Assembly (NCBI GenBank): GCA_045863855.1
Contig: BTVV01000037.1
Location: 1-50,630 of the forward strand
Direction of reading: 5' to 3'
From: Planctomycetota bacterium
GTDB lineage: Bacteria; Planctomycetota; SZUA-567; H5-PLA8
Length of the DNA stretch: 50,630 nt
Positions 18,602 to 27,400 of this stretch are shown piece by piece (the stretch's first letter is position 1; each line of letters opens with the position of its first letter). The notes beneath the pieces were generated by a model. It searched no databases, was not told where the DNA came from, and saw nothing but the letters and a program-made list of their open reading frames with translations. A program made the position numbers and the translations under genes.

Positions 18602-19198
18602 ATGGCCCGCCTGCACGCTCCCACGATCGCCGCGCGCCGGATCGCGCGCCCCGGCGCGCCGAAGGCGCCCAGCCAAGCCGACCTGTCGCGGCTCTTCGCG
18701 GCCGCATGGCGCGCGGCCTCCCCCGCCCGGCGGCCGAAGCCCCAGGCGTTCGAGCGCCTCGCCGCGGACGTGATGCTGGTGGGCGACGCAGAGATCGCGG
18801 AGCTGAACGCGCAGCATATGCGCCACGACGGGCCGACGGACGTGCTTTCGTTCCCGATGGGCGAGCCGGACTTCGAGCGGAAAGCGTATTTTCTGGGCGA
18901 GATCGTGGCCAGCCACGAGACGGCGGCGCGGGAGGCCGCGGCGCGGGGGTTGGAACCGCGTGACGAACTGGCGCGGTATTGCGTGCACGGGTTTCTGCAT
19001 CTGCTGGGCTACGAGGACGGAACGCCGGCGCGGCGCAAGGCGATGGAGGCGGTGCAGGAGCAGGCTTTGGGGGCGTGGGGCGGCACTTCAACCACCAAGA
19101 ATTCAACCAACTTCAAAAGGCAAAAGGCAAAGGGCAAGCCACGGCTACGATCAGGTCAGCCGCCCGCGGCCAAGGACCAGCGGCTCCGCGGCGTCTAA
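18602..19198 (+). CDS. ybeY: rRNA maturation endoribonuclease YbeY
   Basis: LN..MRHDGPTDVLSFP, LGEIV, VHGFLHLLGYED. Confidence 0.93.
   Translation: MARLHAPTIAARRIARPGAPKAPSQADLSRLFAAAWRAASPARRPKPQAFERLAADVMLVGDAEIAELNAQHMRHDGPTDVLSFPMGEPDFERKAYFLGEIVASHETAAREAAARGLEPRDELARYCVHGFLHLLGYEDGTPARRKAMEAVQEQALGAWGGTSTTKNSTNFKRQKAKGKPRLRSGQPPAAKDQRLRGV
19114..19137 (+). repeat. Heptamer tandem repeat CAAAAGG x3 in the ybeY 3' end
   Basis: caaaagg-caaaagg-caaaggg-caa. Confidence 0.65.
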
Positions 19199-19253
19199 CC
19201 GCCGAGCGGCGACGGCGCATCTGGCCGGACACGATTTCCGAAAATGATCTAGA

Positions 19254-20114
19254 ATGCCTGCACCGTTGCTTACTGCACCCGCCGCACGGAGCCGCCCGTT
19301 GGAACTGCCCGATTACGTCACGTTCGAGCGCCCGCGCGAATCGTTCGAGACGCCGGCGCTTTCGGTGGTGATTCCGGCGTACAACGAAGCGCGCCGGATC
19401 GGCCCGCACCTGGACAAGATCCAAGCGTATTTCTCGGCGCATCCCGAGCCCTATGAGCTGCTCGTCGCCAGCGACGGAAGTTCGGACGGTACGGCCGAAT
19501 TGATTCGCGAACGCATGCAGAGCTTTCCTCGGCTGGGGCTGGTGGCCTATGCGCAAAACCGCGGCAAGGGGCACGCCGTACGCATGGGCATGCGCGCGGC
19601 GCGCGGCGCTCAGCGGCTCTTCGCCGACGCCGACGGTTCGACCCCGATCGAGGAGATCGAACGGCTGCGCGCGGGGCTGAAGCAGTCGGGGGCCGAGATC
19701 GCGGTGGGTTCGCGTGCGCTTCCGGCGCCGGGGATCGAACGGCAGATCAAGCCGCACCGCTACGTGATCGGACAAGTCTTCCGGATGCTGCGCTCGGCCT
19801 TGATGGACGTTCACGTGGTGGACAGCCAGTGCGGTTTCAAGCTGTTCGGCGCGCGGGCGGCGGACCTGATCTTCCCCGCGGCGCAGGTGGACGGCTTCGC
19901 GTTCGACGTGGAGTTGCTGTTCCTCGCCGCGCGCTGGGAACTGGCGGTGACCGAGGTGGCGGTGAACTGGCACGACGACCAGGCGAGCCGCGTGAACCTG
20001 CTGACCGATCCGTTCAAGATGCTTCGCGACATGTGGCGCGTACGCCGCATGCACCGCGATACGCCGCGCCCGGCGCCCGCGCGCGATCCGCTTCCCCAGA
20101 CCACAGAACGCTGA
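19254..20114 (+). CDS. GT2 glycosyltransferase (dolichyl-phosphate beta-glucosyltransferase-like)
   Basis: [50 protein letters not shown]. Confidence 0.93.
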   Translation: MPAPLLTAPAARSRPLELPDYVTFERPRESFETPALSVVIPAYNEARRIGPHLDKIQAYFSAHPEPYELLVASDGSSDGTAELIRERMQSFPRLGLVAYAQNRGKGHAVRMGMRAARGAQRLFADADGSTPIEEIERLRAGLKQSGAEIAVGSRALPAPGIERQIKPHRYVIGQVFRMLRSALMDVHVVDSQCGFKLFGARAADLIFPAAQVDGFAFDVELLFLAARWELAVTEVAVNWHDDQASRVNLLTDPFKMLRDMWRVRRMHRDTPRPAPARDPLPQTTER

Positions 20115-20132
20115 GCGCGGCGGCGCGCACAC

Positions 20133-20861
20133 ATGGAAGCCGAACTCTTCGATGCCATCCATCGGCACGGCAAGCGGCACTGGTGGTTCCGCGGCCGCCG
20201 CGCCGTCGCCTTCGCACTGATCGACCGATACTTCGACCGCCGCGGCGGCGCGGTGCTCGACTTGGGCTGCGGAGCGGGGACGAACCTGGAGGAACTCACG
20301 CGCTACGGCGCGGTCTCCGGCGCCGATCCGTCCGCTCAGGCGCTCGAGTATTGCCGCACTTTCTTCAAGGGCCGGCTCGACGAAGTCTGGCTTCCGGACA
20401 AGGTGCCGTACGCCGACGCGACGTTCGACCTCGTGGTGATGCTCGACGTTTTGGAGCATGTGGAGGACGACGCCGGCGCGCTCAAGCAGGTGTTTCGCAT
20501 CCTGAAGCCCGGCGGGACGCTGGCGCTGACCGTCCCGGCGCTGCGCTGGCTGTGGAGCCAGCACGACGTGGAGCACCACCACTTCCGGCGCTACCACCGG
20601 CCCGATCTGCGTGCGCTGCTGACCGCGCAAGGCTTCGAGATCCGTTACATCAGCTACGCCATGTTCCTGCTGCTTCCGCCGATGGGACTGGCGCGGCTGC
20701 TGCTGCGGCCCAAGACGTGGAGTTCGAAAGACCTCGAGTCGGGCACGCGCCCGAGCGCGCGGCTGTTCGAATGGATCTTCGCGTTCGAGCGGCACCTGAT
20801 GCGCATCGCCCCGCTGCCGATCGGCGGCTCGCTGGTGGCGATCGCGCGCAAGCCGCCCTAG
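20133..20861 (+). CDS. Class I SAM-dependent methyltransferase
   Basis: [42 protein letters not shown]. Confidence 0.93.
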   Translation: MEAELFDAIHRHGKRHWWFRGRRAVAFALIDRYFDRRGGAVLDLGCGAGTNLEELTRYGAVSGADPSAQALEYCRTFFKGRLDEVWLPDKVPYADATFDLVVMLDVLEHVEDDAGALKQVFRILKPGGTLALTVPALRWLWSQHDVEHHHFRRYHRPDLRALLTAQGFEIRYISYAMFLLLPPMGLARLLLRPKTWSSKDLESGTRPSARLFEWIFAFERHLMRIAPLPIGGSLVAIARKPP

Positions 20862-20981
20862 GCTCTGTCCCGAAACGCATTTCGGCGTCTGCTTGCGGGG
20901 ACCTGCGCAGAGCTTCGTCAGCCTCACTCTGCTAGGTCCGCGCGGCGCATCCACCTTCGAAGCGTTTTGGGGCAAAGCCTA
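20859..20981. mobile_element. Miniature inverted-repeat element (MITE/REP-like), copy 1, 123 bp
   Basis: Left end TAGGCTCTGTCCCGAAACGC; reverse complement of right end TAGGCTTTGCCCCAAAACGC (17/20 match). The internal sequence is shared with 21975-22056. Confidence 0.75.
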
Positions 20982-21050
20982 AAAGCGAGAGCCGCAGGCG
21001 GGTTCGTTTTGCGCTGCGGACCGCGCCGCGCGACGGCTACAATCCCCGGC

Positions 21051-21977
21051 ATGCCGATCCTGAAAGACCGCGCGATCGTACTGCGCACGTACGAAGTCCA
21101 GAACACCAGCCTCGTGCTGGTGCTGCTGGGCCGGCGGCTGGGCCAGATTCGCGTGCTGGCCAAAGGCGCTCGGCGCTGGCAAAAGCGCGGCTTCGAGCAC
21201 GGCTTCGATTTGCTGGTGGAAGGCGAACTGGTCTGCTATCCGCGTCCCGGCGACGGCTTGTGGATCTTCAAGGAATGGGACGAGCGCGCGCGCCCCGCGG
21301 ACTTGGGCCTGCGGCTGCCCGCATTCGGCGCGGCGTGCTTTCTGTGCGAATTCGCGGAAGCGCTGACACGCGAAACGTCGGGCAGCGGCGGCGAGCAGTC
21401 CGGCGGCGCGGACGACGAGCCGCTGTACGAACTTCTGCGCGCGGCGATCGAGGCGCTCGATGAAGGTGTCGCACCTGGCGCGGTGCTGATTCAGTTCACG
21501 CTCCAGGCGCTGGAAGCGCAGGGCTTCCTGCCGGATCTCGACTGCTGCGGCGCGTGCGGCGCGGAACTGAACGCTTCGCGGCGTCCGGCGCGGCTGAGTC
21601 CCGAAGGGCTGGTCTGCGAGGCCTGCCTGGCCGGAGAGGCGCTCGAGAAGCTGCCGGTGGGCGCCGCGCCGCCGGGCGATCCGCGCGATCTGGCGCGGCT
21701 GCTCGATGCGGCGCCGGGTTCGCAGCCCGCGGCGGTGGTCTGGATCAGCCCCGAGCTGCTCGCGGCGTTGAAGCATATCAAGCGTACGGGGAAGCCGGTG
21801 CGGCTAAGCGCCACGGCCGCGCGGCTGGGCGCGCGGACGCTGGTGGCGCTGGTTCATCATGCGCTGGAGCAGGATCTGCGCACGCTGCGCGCGGCGGCGC
21901 GGGCGGTGCTGGCGTTGGGGCCGCGGAAGGCCCCGCCTGCACGGTCGGCGCCCCCCGGCGCGCGCGCGGCGAACTAG
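21051..21977 (+). CDS. recO: DNA repair protein RecO
   Basis: N-terminal OB fold (DRAIVLRT...G.IRVLAKGARR), Zn-finger CGACG...GLVCEAC, position near phoH/ybeY. TACAAT lies 7 nt before the ATG. Confidence 0.88.
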   Translation: MPILKDRAIVLRTYEVQNTSLVLVLLGRRLGQIRVLAKGARRWQKRGFEHGFDLLVEGELVCYPRPGDGLWIFKEWDERARPADLGLRLPAFGAACFLCEFAEALTRETSGSGGEQSGGADDEPLYELLRAAIEALDEGVAPGAVLIQFTLQALEAQGFLPDLDCCGACGAELNASRRPARLSPEGLVCEACLAGEALEKLPVGAAPPGDPRDLARLLDAAPGSQPAAVVWISPELLAALKHIKRTGKPVRLSATAARLGARTLVALVHHALEQDLRTLRAAARAVLALGPRKAPPARSAPPGARAAN

Positions 21978-22056
21978 GCGCTGTCCCGAAACGCTTTTCG
22001 GCCTCCGCTTGCGGGGACCGGCGCATACGCCTTCGAAGCGTTTCGGGACAAAACTT
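21975..22056. mobile_element. Miniature inverted-repeat element, copy 2 (shorter internal region)
   Basis: TGTCCCGAAACGCTT...AAGCGTTTCGGGACA is a perfect 15-bp IR. Shares gcttgcggggacc and ggcgcat..ccttcgaagcgttt with copy 1. Confidence 0.75.
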
Positions 22057-22063
22057 GACACCT

Positions 22064-22085
22064 GCCGGCGGGATGCCGGCGCTAC
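22064..22085 (-). repeat. GTAG-type REP-like palindrome GTAGC-GCCGGC-ATCCC-GCCGGC
   Basis: GTAG tetranucleotide followed by a GC hairpin, between the convergent recO and kinase genes. Confidence 0.55.
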
Positions 22086-22096
22086 GCAGAGCGGTT

Positions 22097-24076
22097 TCAG
22101 TCGGCGGCGGGCGAGGCTTCGGCGCGAACGCCGGCGGCGGGGAGGCGCACTTCGAAGCGCGCGCCGGGGCGTCCGTCCGCGCGCGGCACGAGTTGCAGCG
22201 TACCGCCGTGGTCTTCGACGATGCGGCGGGCGATGGAGAGCCCCAGGCCGGTGCCTTTGCCCATCGGCTTGGTGGTAAAGAACGGTTCGAAGAGTTCGCG
22301 CTGCAGCAATTCGGGCACCCCGGGCCCGTCGTCTTCGACGATCAGGAGCACGCCGGCGTCCTGCGGCGCTTCCCTCGCGCGCAGCGCAACCCGCCCGCCT
22401 CCGCGGCGCGCGCGCTCGGTTTCTTCGAGCGTCTCCAGCGCATCGGCGGCGTTGGTAACGAGGTTCACCAGGACCTGTTCGAGTTCGTTGGGCGCGACGG
22501 CCACTTCGGGCAGATCTTCGGTGGGCGCGGCGCAATCCAGCTCGATGCCGCGCAGCTTCAGGCTGTGCGCGGTGAGTTCGGCGACTTTGGTGAGCAGCCG
22601 CTCGGGCGCCACGCGCTCGCGTTCGCCGCCGGTTTTACGCGCGAAGTCGAGCATGCCCTGGACGATCTTGCGGCAGCGCCGCGTCTGGCTCTCGATCGCC
22701 TCCAAATCGGCCTCCTTCGCGGCACGTCCGGCGCGGGCGTCTTCCAGGACCATCTGCGCGTAGCCCAGGATCGTGCCCAGCGGCGTATTGAGTTCGTGCG
22801 CGACGCCAGCGGCGAGGCGTCCGACGGCGTGGAGCTTCTCGGCGTGGCGCACCTGACGCTCCAGCGAGCGCCGCGCGGTCACTTCGCGCGAGACGACGAC
22901 GACGCCCTGCGCTTCCCCTTCGGGGGTGCGCACGGCGCTGACGGTGTTCTCGAAGCTGCGCCCGCCGGCCTCGAGATCGACTCGGACGGGCCGCTCGGGG
23001 GCTTCGAGGGCCTTCGGCGGCGCGGGCGGATCGGCGCCGAGCATCGCGAGGACGCTGGGACAGAGTTCGCCGCCCTGTTCGAGCGCGTCGTGGAGGCACT
23101 CGTCGGGATCGCCCTTCTCGCACGCGTCGGGATCGTCGCGCGGGTCGGCGCCTTCGTGGACGCACGGTTCGTGCAGCGCTCCGCGCGAACCGGGTTCGGC
23201 GACGAGCGCGCCGGCGCGGCGCAGCGTGTCGGTCAGCGTTTCCACGCCGCTGGACTGCGCGGCGCTGTTGGCTAGTAGCACCTTGGCGTGGAGATCGACG
23301 ACCATCACGCCTTCGTTCATGCATTCGAGAATCGCGCGCGCGCGCTGGTGCTCGGCCTTGAGCTTGCGCTCGGCGCGAGCGAGGCGTTCGACACGGTCGG
23401 CCAGATCGGCGTTGAGGCGGCGCACGTCGCGGCCGCGGCGGCGCAAGTGTTCCATGATCGTCGTGACGAGGTAAGCGCTGAAGCAGAGCGTGAGGATCAG
23501 CGCGAGCGCCAGGCCGCCGCGTTCCCAAAGCGAAGCCGGATGGAAGCCGAGTTCCACTTCCAGCGGCCACGATCCCAGCCAGGGCAGAGCTTCTGCGAGG
23601 GCCAGGAAGGCGACGACGCCGCTGGTCAGCGCCGCGACGCCGTAGGCTTTGCGGCGGTCGAAAAGGATCGCCGCGATGACCACGTGATGCGTGAAGAAGA
23701 AGACGAAGGGATTCGAGAGCCCGCCGGAGAAGAAGATCAGGAGGCCGAGACCGACGATGTCGAGGCCGATTTGGAGCAGGCCTTCGGCGAGCAGCGCGCG
23801 CAACGCGCGGTCGGGATGGTTGCGCCGCATGCCGAACAGCGCGAAGTTGAAGACCAGCATCGCGCCCAGCACCGCCCACAAGGCCGCGGGCGAAGCGACG
23901 ACTCGAAAACCTTGCGCCAGCGCGACCGCCAAGCAGACGCCGCTCAAGGCGATCCAGCGCAAGTTGATCAGCCAAGCCAGCCGGCCGTCCAGCTCGTCGC
24001 GCTGGGCCAACTCTTCGAACGGGTCGGCAGGAAACCCGACCGTCGTCGGCTGTGGTTCAGTCGCCTTACCGATCAT
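22097..24076 (-). CDS. Membrane-bound sensor histidine kinase (TM block, PAS-like domain, HisKA, HATPase)
   Basis: RLAWLINLRW N-terminus, SGG.SNPF TM motif, H-box AHELNTPLG, N-box NLVTNAADA, DDGPG, FEPFFTTK, GTGLGLSI. RBS GGAAGG before the ATG at 24076. Confidence 0.95.
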   Translation of the reverse strand: MIGKATEPQPTTVGFPADPFEELAQRDELDGRLAWLINLRWIALSGVCLAVALAQGFRVVASPAALWAVLGAMLVFNFALFGMRRNHPDRALRALLAEGLLQIGLDIVGLGLLIFFSGGLSNPFVFFFTHHVVIAAILFDRRKAYGVAALTSGVVAFLALAEALPWLGSWPLEVELGFHPASLWERGGLALALILTLCFSAYLVTTIMEHLRRRGRDVRRLNADLADRVERLARAERKLKAEHQRARAILECMNEGVMVVDLHAKVLLANSAAQSSGVETLTDTLRRAGALVAEPGSRGALHEPCVHEGADPRDDPDACEKGDPDECLHDALEQGGELCPSVLAMLGADPPAPPKALEAPERPVRVDLEAGGRSFENTVSAVRTPEGEAQGVVVVSREVTARRSLERQVRHAEKLHAVGRLAAGVAHELNTPLGTILGYAQMVLEDARAGRAAKEADLEAIESQTRRCRKIVQGMLDFARKTGGERERVAPERLLTKVAELTAHSLKLRGIELDCAAPTEDLPEVAVAPNELEQVLVNLVTNAADALETLEETERARRGGGRVALRAREAPQDAGVLLIVEDDGPGVPELLQRELFEPFFTTKPMGKGTGLGLSIARRIVEDHGGTLQLVPRADGRPGARFEVRLPAAGVRAEASPAAD

Positions 24077-24400
24077 GTCCGCCTTCCTGCACGTGAGCAC
24101 CACTCGACCCGCCTACTATAAAGGAGGACTCGGGCGTGAACAGGGCGCAGCGTGGACTGTCTTTGGAGCTTCGGCAATCCTTTTAGTCCGCACAGGTGCA
24201 AAGGTTATTGGGAATTTGTTGGCTGAAATACGACTCAAATCCAGGGAATTGTGTTTCATCCCGCTTCAAATTCAACATAATAACCACACAGCGTGCAAGT
24301 CGGGGCTTGTCAAGCGCGCTACGGTACTCGGGTTCTGGATCTGACCCCTCGCCCGCGCGTTCGCCCGATCTCGATCGGTTTCGCGTTCGAAACGGTAAGG

Positions 24401-27400
24401 ATGATACGCATCATGGGTTTACAACGAGGCGGGGTCCTGCTGCTGACCTTGACTCTGTGCGGGCTGAGCGCCGAGGCGGCCACCTTTAGGTGGACGGGTA
24501 ACGCGGGTAATACGCTATGGGGGACCCCGGGCAACTGGGACCGCAACAGCGTGCCGGGCGCGGGCGACGACGTACAGGTGCCCGGAAACGCCGTGATTAC
24601 GGTCAACGTGCCGGGCACGGTCCGCTCGTTCTCGGTCTCCCAACAGCGCAGCCTGGTGCTGAAGCTCGACCAGAACTTGACCGTGAGCCAGAACTTCACG
24701 CTGGGCCAGCACGTCAACGCGGTGTTCGAGAGCAATGCGAACCGCACGCTCGACATCGGCGGTAATTTCACGGTCGGACAGCATTCGACCCTGAACCTGA
24801 ACAGCGGGAACGTGCTGATCGGCGGGATCGCCGATTTCGACTCGCATTCGACCTTCAGCATCAACAGCGGTTCGTTCATCGCCGAAGGCGATATCTTGAT
24901 CGACCAGCATGCCAACGTGTACATGAACGGCGGGCTGATCCGCACCGACGAAGATTTTCATATCGACCAGCACGCCAACGTGCATCTGAATGTGGGCGCC
25001 ACGCTTTCGATCGGCGGTGTGCTCAACAAGGACAAGAAGGGAAACCTCTACAACAACGGCGGCACGCTGCCGGTGACCGTGCGCGAACTGCGCGCGTCGC
25101 CCGAAGCCGGCGGCGCGCTGGTGGCATGGGACGCGGCCTCCGAAGAACGCAACCTGGGCTTTCATGTCTGGCGGCGCGAGGCGCCGGAGGCCGCGCCGGG
25201 AGACGAAGCCGGTCCCGTTGCTCCGCGCGCGCCCGGCGGCAAGACCTTCGTCTCGAATGCTTCGGGAAACTGGAACAGTTCGAACACCTGGCGCGATCAG
25301 AACAACCAGCCCGGCGTGCCCGGACCGCTGGACCTCGCGACCGTTCGCAGCAACCATCAGATCACGGTCAACGCGGCAGCCACGGTGGATTTCCTGACGC
25401 TCAATACGAGTGCGGTCCCCGCGCTATCGTTTACAGGAGGCAACGATCTGACGGTGCTGACGCGCCTGGAACTGCAACGCAACAGCGAAGTGCGTTCGGC
25501 CTTCTTCAGCTTTGGGTCGAAGCTCAATCTCGCTCACAACGCGGTATTCGATTTACGCGGGCACGCCTTCACGATCTCCACAAGCGTCCTATTGAGTTCC
25601 ATGCAGGTCGATTTAGGTAACGGCGATTCGGCCAACCAGTCGGCGCATATCGTGAATGCCGGCAACATCACCGTCTCCGGCGCGATCATCGCCTCGGGCC
25701 TGTTCATGCTCGGCTCGCGCAGCGATATCGCTCTGAACAACGGGAGCGTCCTCGCGGTCAATTCGGGCGGCGTCTTTAACGCCATCGCGGGAACCGATTT
25801 CATCACCGACTACGTGCTGCTCCACGGCGCCACCACGGCCGACCGCTACACGGTATCGCTCAACGGCGGCGCGCTGGAATGGGACCATATCAAACTCGAG
25901 AACCTGGGAGCGGCCGGCCTGACGATTACCAATACGGTGGACACGAACCCCGGGCGCGTCTGGTTCGCGAGCGGGACGGCCGGCGGGCGGTACATCACCT
26001 ACAACGAGAGCACCTCTGGCGACAGCTACCGCTTCACGGACGTCTCGTTCTCGAACAGCGGCGTTGCGCAGGCCGTGCGCTTGCCCAACGGTAGCAACGG
26101 GACGTTGATCTTCGACCGGCACGCCAGCGATACGCCGCCCAACCAGAACGTGAATTGGCTGGGCCCGAACGTGAACGGCGTGATCCACCGCGGCAGCGTG
26201 GGCGATTTTCCGCCCATGTCGCACTTCGACGGCACCGGCGGCGTCGTGCAGTGGGGCAACGCGAATACGCTGCCCGTCACGGTCACCGGCCTCGACGCGA
26301 TGCTCGAAGCCGGCGGTGTGGTCGTGACGTGGGACGTGGCGTCGGAAATTCAGAACCTGGGCTTCCACCTGTGGCGCGGTTCGGTCAAGACCTCGAAACA
26401 GGCGGCGCGCGCGGCCGGAACGCAAGGCGGCTGGATCGAGGAACCGCTCGCCGAGACTCCCGCCGAGCTCGAAACGCGGAGCGCGCGTGGGCGCGAACTG
26501 CCCGCTCCGGCCGCGGATTTGGAGACCTCGATGGCGGCGCAGGGCTGGCGGCGGGTGACCGACGCGTTGCTGACGGGACGCCTCTCGCATCCGGCTTCGA
26601 AAACGTACCGCTTCTACGACGCGCCTGAGGCGCCGGGCGTGTACGAATACGCGCTCGAATCGGTGGCACTTGACGGCACGCGCGAACTTTTCCGCTTCGC
26701 GTCGCCGCCGGTGCGGCTGGACCGCTCGGGCGGCGCTCCGGTAACGCTGGCCGGCCTCGATGCCATGCTAGCGCAGGTCGAACGCAGCTTCGTGTCGGCG
26801 CGCGGACGGGACGCGCGGGAGCGCTTCGCCGCGGCCGGTCCGTTACGCTCCGCTCGCGTGGCGGTGCTGCATGACGATCCGGCTTGGTCGCCGGCGCGCT
26901 CCGCCGAAGCCGGCGTGGATTCGGCTCAAGCGGACTTCACCAGTGTGGCCGATGCGAAGAACGTGCATCCCGGCTTCGTCCCGCCGCCGGGCATGCCCAG
27001 CGTGCGCGAAGTCGCGGCGCGGGCCGGCGGCGACGCGGTGCTGGCCGATCTGCCGGCGTACCAAGCTGACTTGCCCGGATTGAAGAGCGCGCGGCCGCCC
27101 GCCGCGGGCTTCGACGCGGCGAAGCTCGTCACCACCGGGCGCGGCGTACTCCTGATCCGGCAGGCCGATCTGCCCGGCGGCTACGCGCTGGCGGGTTCGC
27201 AGTTGTGGTACGAAGGGCGGCCGAGCAAAGCGCTGGCCTACGATGCCGACCGCGATGCATGGGCCGTCTACGCGCCGGGGTATACCGACGATTATACCGA
27301 CCGCGACGCGTACTTCCTGCGCGCGGGCAAGCGCACGGCGGCCGGAAAAGCGCCGGCCGCGAAGAACCTCTTCCGCGACGGGTTGACCGCGTTCACCACC

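Noticed and set aside
7976..19000. Long antisense ORFs (e.g. 7976-10645, 10698-13259, 15953-19000, and similar ones elsewhere such as 44599-47166)
   Set aside because: These are shadow frames of well-supported genes in high-GC DNA; they are Arg/Ala-rich and carry no motifs.
18984..19020. YbeY third zinc His replaced by Asp (HGFLHLLGYED), read as a sign of inactivation
   Set aside because: Asp at this position is a known natural variant in several phyla, so it is not evidence of a pseudogene.
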